DNA of 64,000 nt from a virus, in the IMG/VR virus record IMGVR_UViG_3300027704_000008, positions 64,001 through 128,000 of that record, one strand, 5' to 3'. The notes beneath the pieces are model-generated. The model saw nothing but the letters and a program-made list of their open reading frames with translations. It was not told the DNA's origin and made no database searches. Below are positions 47,050 through 54,829 of this stretch, piece after piece (within the stretch, counting starts at the first letter, position 1; each line of letters starts with the position of its first letter). The translations under genes were made by a program, and so were the position numbers.

Positions 47050-47318
47050 TGTGGGTAACATTACCCTGTGGAGACATCCTCGAGATGGGCATCTCCAAAA
47101 CACCTCCCCGTAGCAATCAGATAGTCTATGTGACTGTTCGAAAGGGTGGACACATCCAGAAAATCAGCAACACTGCATGTGCTTCGAAGGTGCTTGCCCA
47201 TGAGTTGCTGAACGATGTTGCTGAGGAACTTCGTGCTGGTCTCTGGGTCATCGGTACATCGAATGGACAACCTATCCTGGTGTCTAAGTGGGGAGAGATC
47301 ATTGACAATGAAGACTAA
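47049..47318 (+). CDS. Hypothetical protein
   Basis: TAATG coupling. Confidence 0.5.
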   Translation: MWVTLPCGDILEMGISKTPPRSNQIVYVTVRKGGHIQKISNTACASKVLAHELLNDVAEELRAGLWVIGTSNGQPILVSKWGEIIDNED

Positions 47319-47523
47319 TCCCCAAGTGACTTCCGAAGAGAAATGGCAGGAACTCGATCTGTTGTGGTACAGGTATCGTGAAAGATTGGAGAAGAGACAG
47401 ATGGAACTTATGGAGGCAACGAGGCAGTTTGATCGCGAGTTAGCACGAGGTGCGAAGATCGAAGAGGAGATGCGAGTACTGAACAACATCGATGTCTATG
47501 GGTCCATAGACCTGTCCTTGTAA
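47308..47523 (+). CDS. Hypothetical coiled-coil protein
   Basis: Start refined to MKTNPQ; stop overlaps the IHF box. Confidence 0.5.
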   Translation: MKTNPQVTSEEKWQELDLLWYRYRERLEKRQMELMEATRQFDRELARGAKIEEEMRVLNNIDVYGSIDLSL

Positions 47524-47580
47524 CTTATTGATTTGTATAGAGTTTCAGGGGTTGTATTTGACCCAATTGTACGCTATAAT
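47520..47580 (+). promoter_or_regulatory. IHF box plus sigma70 promoter (short cassette variant)
   Basis: GTAACTTATTGATTT; TTGTAT-N17-TATAAT. Confidence 0.75.
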
Positions 47581-47611
47581 AGTTGTAAGAATTAAGTAAA
47601 GGAAGAAAGTT

Positions 47612-47863
47612 ATGTCAAACGAAGAATTCGAAATTTTAGCAGCAAAAGCGGTCAAAGCAGACCAAGCAGCGATGGCAAAGATCGAAATGCACGAGTCTAA
47701 TATCGACTCACTGTACAACAGTCTGGTTGCCAACCAAACAATTCAAGCAGTGAGCATCGACCTGAAAGCAGAGATGGCAAAGATCAAAATGCACGAGTCT
47801 AATATCGACTCACTGTACAACAGTCTGGTCGCAGAACTGTCACCACTAATCAAGGGAGAATGA
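47612..47863 (+). CDS. Hypothetical protein with internal duplication
   Basis: MAKI(E/K)MHESNIDSLYNSLVA occurs twice. Confidence 0.6.
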   Translation: MSNEEFEILAAKAVKADQAAMAKIEMHESNIDSLYNSLVANQTIQAVSIDLKAEMAKIKMHESNIDSLYNSLVAELSPLIKGE

Positions 47864-47969
47864 CATGCCAATGAGAAACGAAGTAACCACATACGGTGGC
47901 AGCTATCAGATCCCGCAGGATCTGCGGATAGAGGCAGACTACTTAAACGTGGAGATAAAGATGCTATCT

Positions 47970-48112
47970 GTAACTGCTTGATTTACCTGGAGAACTCAGA
48001 AAGTTACGTAACTATGCGGGATGGGGTTAAACTAGTTGTTGTCTTCACTCCGACAATCCTGGATAATGGCTACATTGAATAGGGAAACAGAGAAGGCGAG
48101 GAGAAGCATATG
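47970..48112 (+). repeat. Early promoter cassette family 1, copy D
   Basis: GTAACTGCTTGATTT..GTTACGTAACTATGCGGG..TTGTCTTCACTCCGACAATCCTGGATAATGGCTACATTGAAT. Confidence 0.88.
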
Positions 48113-48214
48113 AAGAAGATTAAAGAACTGTGGTGGGACTTGAAATACCACGTGGTTATCGCTGTTGTGTTAGCACCAGTCCTTCTCCTCCTGTGGGCAG
48201 GGTATGTAAGTTAA
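48110..48214 (+). CDS. Small single-TM peptide (34 aa), paralog 1
   Basis: MKKIKELWWDLKYHVVIAVVLAPVLLLLWAGYVS; GAGGAG RBS. Confidence 0.7.
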   Translation: MKKIKELWWDLKYHVVIAVVLAPVLLLLWAGYVS

Positions 48215-48223
48215 GGGAGCGTA

Positions 48224-48409
48224 ATGAAAGTATATATTGTACATGGTGTGTGGGACTACGACGGATCTGAGATCGTTGGAGCGTTTACCACTCGCGAGAA
48301 GGCAGACGCAGGTATCGCTGATGACCAGTTGACTAGTGGACAGGAGATCCAAGGTGAGTGGTATCCTCGGTTCGATTCATATAGTGTTATAATGGAAGAG
48401 GTACAGTAA
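48224..48409 (+). CDS. Hypothetical protein (MKVYIV..G.F.T.EKA family)
   Basis: Common small early-phage protein pattern; RBS. Confidence 0.6.
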   Translation: MKVYIVHGVWDYDGSEIVGAFTTREKADAGIADDQLTSGQEIQGEWYPRFDSYSVIMEEVQ

Positions 48410-48562
48410 GATGCATCCTTTAAAGTATAAAGTTGTGTTCCAAGATTTTTGTAGCGTCCTCCATTTTGTAAACATTTCTGCTTGGGGACAAGAGGATGCA
48501 GAGAATAGTGTATACCGGAAGTTCGATGAGTGTGCTATTGTCCTGAGTGTTAGGAGTGTTGC

Positions 48563-48757
48563 ATGACTTTTAAGGAAAGTGAAGTATTAAGAAAACGAGA
48601 GAAGCATGCCGGCGCTGACTCGTTGGAAGCAATGCGAATTGAAGCCATTGAACGTCTCGCGGCTGCCAACTTGGCAGAAGCAGACAGGCATGCCCGAGTG
48701 ATTCATACCATTGTCCTTGTGTGCGTGCTGGTATTCATCGCAGCGGTTGTTTCGTAA
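48563..48757 (+). CDS. Hypothetical protein with C-terminal TM
   Basis: AGGAG RBS; hydrophobic tail. Confidence 0.55.
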   Translation: MTFKESEVLRKREKHAGADSLEAMRIEAIERLAAANLAEADRHARVIHTIVLVCVLVFIAAVVS

Positions 48758-48948
48758 TGGCATCGCCACGCGTAGGACAAGAGAAGGCATCGTATCTGAT
48801 GGACGAGGGTATAGTGTCGGCAGAGCAGATGGTGTCGATGGCTTTGAAATATATGAGCAACCAAGATATCCTGGATATGCTTGAACACAATGAGTTAGTT
48901 GATCTTGTATGGGTTAGTTGTGATTGGGAGTATGTTGATCGATGTTGA
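48757..48948 (+). CDS. Hypothetical protein
   Basis: Start refined to MASPR; ALKYMS..DI.DML..NEL. Confidence 0.55.
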   Translation: MASPRVGQEKASYLMDEGIVSAEQMVSMALKYMSNQDILDMLEHNELVDLVWVSCDWEYVDRC

Positions 48949-49286
48949 AAGTTGAAGATGTAATGAAGTCGTACACCGGTGGGTTAGGATGTATGTGTGG
49001 ATGTCAAGGATCGTATCGCGTTGCGGCAGATCATTTCCAGGCTGCATGCCGAGAGCGAGGATACGATTACGATCCGGAAGACGTTAGTGATCGATCAGTG
49101 AAGATGGCTGTCAACAAACTCAATAAGATGATCGATTGGGATGATGCCGAGTGCGTTGAGAAGCATGTCCGTGATGACTACGCATACTATGAGACGGACA
49201 CCCGCCAGACCGTGGTGTACTTCGTCAAGTCGCCCCAGATTGACTTGTTCAGCCACACGAATCGTGTGGATTCTGTAACCCCTTGA
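48942..49286 (+). CDS. Hypothetical protein with GCMCGC motif
   Basis: SYTG..GCMCGC.G.Y. Confidence 0.6.
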   Translation: MLKVEDVMKSYTGGLGCMCGCQGSYRVAADHFQAACRERGYDYDPEDVSDRSVKMAVNKLNKMIDWDDAECVEKHVRDDYAYYETDTRQTVVYFVKSPQIDLFSHTNRVDSVTP

Positions 49287-49410
49287 TTTATAACGGGAAG
49301 TGAGAAAGTTACGTAACTATGCGGGAACCGTATAATGACCTGTTGTCTTTAGGACAACAAAGCCGTATAATATCTTCATTGAATCGAGAAACCAAAGAGA
49401 GAGTGATATG
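49275..49410 (+). repeat. Early promoter cassette family 1, copy E
   Basis: GTAACCCCTTGATTT..GTTACGTAACTATGCGGG..GTTGTCTTTAGGACAACAAAGCCGTATAATATCTTCATTGAATCG. Confidence 0.9.
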
Positions 49411-49536
49411 AACATAGTAAGAATTATCAAAGATGCAGACGCTGCCCCTTTCGAGAAGTTGATGTTGATCGTGATTAGCGTAAACGCTGTTGCCCTTGTC
49501 GCCTGTGTTGCCCTTATGCTCTCGTGGGTGATATAA
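49408..49536 (+). CDS. Small TM peptide (42 aa)
   Basis: First ORF after cassette E; hydrophobic C-terminal half. Confidence 0.5.
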   Translation: MNIVRIIKDADAAPFEKLMLIVISVNAVALVACVALMLSWVI

Positions 49537-49748
49537 TGGAAAAGCAAAAAGTATCTAAAGTCTACATTGTCATGGGTCGCGATGAATATGGTTCATACCA
49601 GTCTTCTGTTGGGGAGTGGAGTATCGTTGAAGTCGCTGACAACGAAGTAGCAGGAATGCTGTTGGTTAAAAAATTGAAGGAAGACGATGAATACAGTAGT
49701 TATAAACTGGTCGAGAAGGTCGTCGCAATTGTATTGGGAGCATCATAA
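49536..49748 (+). CDS. Hypothetical protein (KVYIV family)
   Basis: TAATG coupling. Confidence 0.55.
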   Translation: MEKQKVSKVYIVMGRDEYGSYQSSVGEWSIVEVADNEVAGMLLVKKLKEDDEYSSYKLVEKVVAIVLGAS

Positions 49749-50002
49749 TGGACACAATCGAGAAGTGCTTTGTAGGCGCGTTTGCCTGTATCTTCGCCCT
49801 GATCATCGCTGTGGTATGTAATGCCCTGATGGATGGTCCAGACCCCTCTCTTCCTCCAGCGGACGTCCTCGAGTCGGTAGTCGTCGAGGGAAGTAGTGGA
49901 GCAGGGGATGTCACGGTCCAGTTAGTCGAGATGTCTGATGGCACGACCTGTGCTGTCCTGATCGGATACAAGAAGTCTGGCATCGACTGTAACTTTCGAT
50001 AG
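49748..50002 (+). CDS. Membrane-anchored hypothetical protein
   Basis: N-terminal TM; DGTTCAV...GIDCNF. Confidence 0.55.
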   Translation: MDTIEKCFVGAFACIFALIIAVVCNALMDGPDPSLPPADVLESVVVEGSSGAGDVTVQLVEMSDGTTCAVLIGYKKSGIDCNFR

Positions 50003-50015
50003 GGGAATAGGGAAT

Positions 50016-50234
50016 ATGGGAAACCGATACGGCAGCAAGAAGAGCACCATGATACTGGTTCCGTTACATAGCGCAGGATGCTTTGTTGACATCTTGACCA
50101 ACATCACCTATCCTATGATGGGAAACGGCAAACCTGACCTCTGCTATCACGCGAGCTTACACGTTGATGACTGTTGCTCAGAGTGGGTTGAAGATCTTGA
50201 AGATGGTGAGAAAATGACCATCGGAATATACTAA
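50016..50234 (+). CDS. Hypothetical protein
   Basis: L.S.GC.VD...TYP...G.PD pattern. Confidence 0.55.
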   Translation: MGNRYGSKKSTMILVPLHSAGCFVDILTNITYPMMGNGKPDLCYHASLHVDDCCSEWVEDLEDGEKMTIGIY

Positions 50235-50273
50235 GAACAACTGTCCCACTAATCAATGTGAGGGAAAGGATAG

Positions 50274-50465
50274 ATGATTATGGAAAGCGATATGACACAA
50301 CAAGACGAAGCCAACAAGCTGTTTGACACCCTGCGGGAGAATGGGGAGCATAATATGTTTGGCGTTGCACCGATAGCCGAACAAGTGTTTGGTGTATCAG
50401 CCCGCCAGGCAAGAGGATTGCTTGCTGAATGGATGGAGACCTTTGAAGCTAGGAATAGCGCATGA
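50274..50465 (+). CDS. Hypothetical protein, paralog of 63443
   Basis: LFD.LRE.GEHNMFGVAP..EQ..GVS..AR.LL..WMETFE. Confidence 0.7.
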   Translation: MIMESDMTQQDEANKLFDTLRENGEHNMFGVAPIAEQVFGVSARQARGLLAEWMETFEARNSA

Positions 50466-50662
50466 ACCAGAGAATAGAGGATCTCACGTTGGGTGTGGAG
50501 TTGTCGAAGGAACGTCTCTCGAAGAGGAATGAGGAACTTATCTTGGCACAGAAAGAGGTCGATCTCGAGATGGAACGACTCGAGGCAATCGAAGAGTCCT
50601 TGAAGTGGATGGAGAATAAGCGATGGCATCACCCAGCGAGAATGGAATTCTCGCCTCGATGA
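50462..50662 (+). CDS. Hypothetical coiled-coil protein
   Basis: ATGA overlap. Confidence 0.5.
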   Translation: MNQRIEDLTLGVELSKERLSKRNEELILAQKEVDLEMERLEAIEESLKWMENKRWHHPARMEFSPR

Positions 50663-50700
50663 TGTACCTGATCCCAAATGAGCAATGAGAAACAGAAGGA

Positions 50701-50925
50701 GTGTGTATAATGGACGGATTATCTGATCAGATGTTTCGAAACATGCGTATGGCATCTCTGGTGGACTCCATAGAGAAGTCACTCAGTGAGGAAGTAGATC
50801 TCTTGGAAGAGATCGAGGCACTGGAGAAGAAGAACTACTCTGTGATGGAACTCGAGCGTGGGAAGAGAGAAGCGTTCAAGGAAGAGTTGAGTCGCTTGGC
50901 ATGGGAGAGTGATAAGGGGTGTTGA
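50701..50925 (+). CDS. Hypothetical protein
   Basis: AAGGAG RBS. Confidence 0.5.
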   Translation: MCIMDGLSDQMFRNMRMASLVDSIEKSLSEEVDLLEEIEALEKKNYSVMELERGKREAFKEELSRLAWESDKGC

Positions 50926-50950
50926 CTTTACTTGAACCAGGCTGTATAAT
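50922..50950 (+). promoter_or_regulatory. sigma70-type early promoter with CATTGAAT leader
   Basis: TTGACT-N17-TATAAT. Confidence 0.8.
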
Positions 50951-50976
50951 ATCCCCATTGAATTGAGGAGAAAGAT

Positions 50977-51084
50977 ATGAAGAAGATTAAAGAACTGTGG
51001 TTTGACTTGAAATACCACGTGTTTACCGCTGCTATGTTAGCACTATTCCTTCTGTTCCTGTGGGCAGGGTATGTGAGTTATTGA
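50977..51084 (+). CDS. Small single-TM peptide (35 aa), paralog 2
   Basis: MKKIKELWFDLKYHVFTAAMLALFLLFLWAGYVSY; GAGGAG RBS. Confidence 0.7.
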   Translation: MKKIKELWFDLKYHVFTAAMLALFLLFLWAGYVSY

Positions 51085-51094
51085 GGAGAAATAT

Positions 51095-51316
51095 ATGAAA
51101 GTATCCAACGTCAGATCTATTAAAGAACTGCAAGCAATGAAGGCGAATGCTCTTGCTGCATATCATGCATATGCTGGCCAGTGCGATGAACGTATCGAAG
51201 AAATTCGAAATGATCGAGGACAGGAACTCAAAGCACCCGAATACAGTCCGTATTATGAACAGGGTCGAACCCGCGCACGTAGCAACCCCTACACACTCGA
51301 AGGAGATATGCAGTAA
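51095..51316 (+). CDS. Hypothetical protein
   Basis: GAGGAG RBS; stop inside the next cassette. Confidence 0.6.
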   Translation: MKVSNVRSIKELQAMKANALAAYHAYAGQCDERIEEIRNDRGQELKAPEYSPYYEQGRTRARSNPYTLEGDMQ

Positions 51317-51449
51317 CCCATTGATTCTACAGGGGAAGTGAGATAGTTACGTAACTATGCGGGTGCCTGGAAATGACCTGTTGTCTTTAGGACAACAAAG
51401 CCGTATAATATCTTCATTGAATCGATAAACCAAGAGAGAAGATATTATG
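51313..51449 (+). repeat. Early promoter cassette family 1, copy G
   Basis: GTAACCCATTGATTC..GTTACGTAACTATGCGGG..GTTGTCTTTAGGACAACAAAGCCGTATAATATCTTCATTGAATCG. Confidence 0.9.
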
Positions 51450-51593
51450 AAAGAGTCAACCGCAGACAAGATGAGCCGAGCATACCGGCTGGGCGCTGAC
51501 GACGCTAACGCCGTATCCGCAAAAGAGATTGCAGCCCTGAAACAACAGGTCAAAGACCTGGAACAGATGGTCAAGCGCGGAGGTAAGTTATAA
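51447..51593 (+). CDS. Small coiled-coil protein (48 aa)
   Basis: First ORF after cassette G; translated by eye. Confidence 0.5.
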   Translation: MKESTADKMSRAYRLGADDANAVSAKEIAALKQQVKDLEQMVKRGGKL

Positions 51594-51922
51594 TGGACAT
51601 GCTACAAAAGACCAAGTATGATATCGGAGATGAGTTGTACCTCATCGAGTATGATACGTATGCATTTGTCACTGACATTGCTCTTGCCCGTAACAAAAAC
51701 GAAAAGGCAGAGTATGCTGTTATGCAGAGTCGTAAACAGAAAGTGTTGAACGATGATGTTAACCGTCCGAAAAGTGCATGGTACTCAGAGAGTGAAGTGC
51801 AGCCTGTATCAAAGCAACGTCTATTGGATAATCATTTCGCTCGGATGTATGATGCTGAGTTGAAAACGGAATTTGGTTACTACTCCCGCAACCGGCCTCA
51901 GGAAAAGATAGGAGAAGTATAA
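51593..51922 (+). CDS. Hypothetical protein
   Basis: TKYDIGD start pattern. Confidence 0.55.
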   Translation: MDMLQKTKYDIGDELYLIEYDTYAFVTDIALARNKNEKAEYAVMQSRKQKVLNDDVNRPKSAWYSESEVQPVSKQRLLDNHFARMYDAELKTEFGYYSRNRPQEKIGEV

Positions 51923-52191
51923 TGGCTGAACAATTATATAAACTGCTTGAAGGAGAATCCAACGGAGACTATGGTTCGCGATGCGAATTCTCTGTAGTTG
52001 GATATGTCAATGTCAAGGACTTTGATGCTGAAGATTGGAAGAAGAATGTTCCAAACGGATTCGTGGAACGCAAGTATAGCATGGTGGAGAAAGTTGCCGT
52101 TGAAGGTATCCCCGGTGCTTGGAACTATGAAGAGGAACTCATTGAAAGCGCGAGCTTCCTTGAGTTGTTCGAAGAGAATCCCTTCAGATGA
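51922..52191 (+). CDS. Hypothetical protein
   Basis: AGGAG RBS. Confidence 0.55.
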   Translation: MAEQLYKLLEGESNGDYGSRCEFSVVGYVNVKDFDAEDWKKNVPNGFVERKYSMVEKVAVEGIPGAWNYEEELIESASFLELFEENPFR

Positions 52192-52215
52192 GTATTTCTT
52201 CGAGGAGGAATTATA

Positions 52216-52629
52216 ATGGAATGGAATGACATTGAAGACATCAAACCACCAGAAGGACAGAAGGTGGTGTTCTATTACAAAGAGAGCGAATATTCTCGCA
52301 ATTGGATCTCTTTCCATGGTGTGTATGAAGGAAATAGATGGAAGCGCGAGATCCAACACCACGATGGTTGTTTGTGGGCAATGCCCCCAGTCTTTGAGAA
52401 GATGTCTGATGAGGGTGCAGCAGATCAAAAGCGAAGACTTGCGAAAGAGATTAACGCGCAAGAGAACGAAGTCAAGCAGCAGCGTCAGGAACTCGAAGAA
52501 CTGAAGCAAGAGAATGAAGAGCTTCAATCCCTTTTACTGCAATCGCGGGAAATGCAGCATGCATACAAAAACATTGCTGCGATAAACGCCGAAGTAATTG
52601 ACTCCCTAACAAGTAATCCTCGGAGGTAA
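52216..52629 (+). CDS. DUF551-like N-terminus plus coiled coil
   Basis: MEW..IED..PP.G..V...W..PP pattern. Confidence 0.5.
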   Translation: MEWNDIEDIKPPEGQKVVFYYKESEYSRNWISFHGVYEGNRWKREIQHHDGCLWAMPPVFEKMSDEGAADQKRRLAKEINAQENEVKQQRQELEELKQENEELQSLLLQSREMQHAYKNIAAINAEVIDSLTSNPRR

Positions 52630-52745
52630 TGATGATGGATCAAGTTGCGATTAACGTCACCATTATACTCGGCGCAATCTGTTTGTGGATGTTGGTATTA
52701 CCAACGTTGCATACGTGGGGATTATAGTGATGATGCGCCGCGCGC

Positions 52746-52883
52746 GTAACCTGTTGATATCTAAGGGAAACTGAGAAAGTTACGTAACTATGCGGGATCG
52801 GGTGAAATCAGTCGTTGTCATATATACAAACATAGTGGATAATGTCCCTATCAAATCGAGAAATGAGAAGGAAGTACATAATG
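52746..52883 (+). repeat. Early promoter cassette family 1, copy H
   Basis: GTAACCTGTTGATAT..GTTACGTAACTATGCGGG..TTGTCA-N17-GATAAT. Confidence 0.85.
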
Positions 52884-53228
52884 GAACGTGAATATAAAAT
52901 GATCAACACTATCGATGACGGCGCTGCTGTTGTAGCGAAAGACTTCATCAGCAAGTATCGCTCTAGCAAGAAGCCTGCATTGTCTGATGATGCGATTGCT
53001 GAGATTGGTACTCAGATCGTTAAGAGGGCCAGGATCCAAAAGCCTGCTGTTGCCAAGAAGAGTCCTACTGCTTCTAAGAAGTCACAGGCTCGTGCGTTGT
53101 TCGTTGCTAAGCATACTGCTGCTGAGGTTGCTAGCATCCTTGAGATTACTTACGCTAATGCTCATTATCACTTACGAGCTTTTCGTAAGGCTGGTGGTGA
53201 TATTGGCTTTCCGATTGGAGGAATATAA
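52881..53228 (+). CDS. Basic protein with C-terminal HTH-like motif
   Basis: AAEVASILEITYANAHYHLR; start refined to MEREY. Confidence 0.65.
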   Translation: MEREYKMINTIDDGAAVVAKDFISKYRSSKKPALSDDAIAEIGTQIVKRARIQKPAVAKKSPTASKKSQARALFVAKHTAAEVASILEITYANAHYHLRAFRKAGGDIGFPIGGI

Positions 53229-53671
53229 TGATTGAATATTTTGTGTGTGAGAATCGCGTACGTGGTGGCAAGGTGGTTCAAGTGTGTGTGCCTGAGGCTA
53301 AGTATAACTCTACCATGGATGTGTTTCGAAACTGCGTGACAATGGATGAATCGGCGTGGGTGCGCAAGCAGATCGAGGAACATAAGATTGATGCTCAGAC
53401 AGCAGCTGATAGTGTTATCTATATGGAGAAGCCGTTTCCTGTAAAGACGGTTGGTGATGTTATCGAGGCTAAAGTAAAAGCTAAGTCATCCAAGGCTGCT
53501 AAGAAGAAAGCGAAGTCTTCTCTCAAGAAAGATGTGTTAGCGTACTTGGACAAGTTGGATTATCTCGCTGTTAATAATAACGCGGCGATGGTTAATATGG
53601 TATCGGATGAGTTCAGCATTACTAAGGCTAATGCACGTTACTATATTACGAGGGTGTGGAAAGGAGTATAG
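53228..53671 (+). CDS. Basic protein with C-terminal HTH-like motif
   Basis: MVSDEFSITKANARYYITRVW. Confidence 0.6.
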   Translation: MIEYFVCENRVRGGKVVQVCVPEAKYNSTMDVFRNCVTMDESAWVRKQIEEHKIDAQTAADSVIYMEKPFPVKTVGDVIEAKVKAKSSKAAKKKAKSSLKKDVLAYLDKLDYLAVNNNAAMVNMVSDEFSITKANARYYITRVWKGV

Positions 53672-53673
53672 AG

Positions 53674-53844
53674 ATGAATATGGAAGAAGCGATTGCGTTG
53701 GGTGTAGATCTGGACTGTGTCAAGACTCCAACAGAAGAAGAGAATGCGTTACGTGAATTCCTTCAGCTACGTAAGAAGTATGGTGCGTTTGAGGATGACC
53801 GCAGAGTGGTTAACCGTATCGCTGAAATCGTAGACAGGTTGTAA
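53674..53844 (+). CDS. Hypothetical protein
   Basis: AAGGAG RBS. Confidence 0.5.
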   Translation: MNMEEAIALGVDLDCVKTPTEEENALREFLQLRKKYGAFEDDRRVVNRIAEIVDRL

Positions 53845-53855
53845 CGTACCAGAGA

Positions 53856-54341
53856 ATGGAGGTTGCTATGGAAACATTTAAAATTGGTATAACAGGAACG
53901 CGGAATGGTATGAATGTCGATCAACTCGAATCATTCCAAGAACGTATGAAGACCATATACGACATCAGCAGCGAGCGACATCCAGGCGTACGCCGCCGAC
54001 CAATAGAATTACATCATGGTGATTGTGTTGGTGTTGACGTAGAGACAGCACAGATAGCAACAGGGTTGGGCATCAAAACGGTATGTCATCCTCCAGTTGA
54101 CCAGAGACTCCGCGCACACCACAAGAGTGATGTTATACTGGAACAGAAAACCCACTTTGCCCGTAACAGGGACATCGTAGACAGTGTTGATATTCTTTTT
54201 GTTTTGCCTTTGCAAGACAAGTGGCAGAGTCGTGGCGGCACATGGTACACGCATGACTACGCCAAGAAGAAAGGTGTGCCATTCGAAATATTCTTCCCAA
54301 TGTCGAGCATTATAGAACAATTAATGAAGCAAGGTAGATAA
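53856..54341 (+). CDS. SLOG-superfamily (YspA/DprA-like) protein
   Basis: IGITGTR, HHGDCVGVD, ARN..IVD, RGGTW.T..YA. Confidence 0.75.
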   Translation: MEVAMETFKIGITGTRNGMNVDQLESFQERMKTIYDISSERHPGVRRRPIELHHGDCVGVDVETAQIATGLGIKTVCHPPVDQRLRAHHKSDVILEQKTHFARNRDIVDSVDILFVLPLQDKWQSRGGTWYTHDYAKKKGVPFEIFFPMSSIIEQLMKQGR

Positions 54342-54620
54342 ATGATCAAGAAGCAGTTTGTGCGAGTGTTCGGCGGAATCAATGGAGATGTTGATGCTGA
54401 AGGTCATCTGGTTGATAATGGCGCACACGATACATGGGTGTTTTGGTCATACGCCGGGGTTGCTGTATACACGTTTGTGGAAGCAGTGCCTAACACCAAC
54501 GGCAAGTACACATCATTCTTCTTTGATCTGGACTTGTTGCAGTTTGAAGCATTGGACAATGCACCATCCGCGCCCCATGGATACAGGCGACCCAGGCAAT
54601 TTGAATCCACTACGTTGTAG
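54342..54620 (+). CDS. Hypothetical protein
   Basis: Abuts previous gene. Confidence 0.45.
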   Translation: MIKKQFVRVFGGINGDVDAEGHLVDNGAHDTWVFWSYAGVAVYTFVEAVPNTNGKYTSFFFDLDLLQFEALDNAPSAPHGYRRPRQFESTTL

Positions 54621-54829
54621 TTGTAATAAATAGACCGGAGTATTATAATTATGTCTGCTACTTTGCTATGCGCTATGTTAATTAATCAAGTGCTGTTCGG
54701 ACCATTGCAACATATACCAATGGATTCAATATCTACTTGCTCTAGTACCCAATGCGTAATATACTGGGTGGAAAAGGATGAGTGTGAGACTGTAGCGGTC
54801 AATAAACAAACTAGAATTAGGAGAGATTA

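Noticed and set aside
45858-52883. Repeats as integron attC sites (TAAC...GTTA ends overlapping stop codons)
   Set aside because: Only ~29 nt between the AAC and GTT boxes, no internal L'/L'' complementarity, promoter elements inside each repeat, and no integrase in the window
45858-52883. Repeats as a CRISPR array or Xer/dif (pdif) sites
   Set aside because: Spacing is 0.5-2 kb with genes between. CCGTATAA resembles a XerC arm, but there is no TTATGTTAAAT XerD arm
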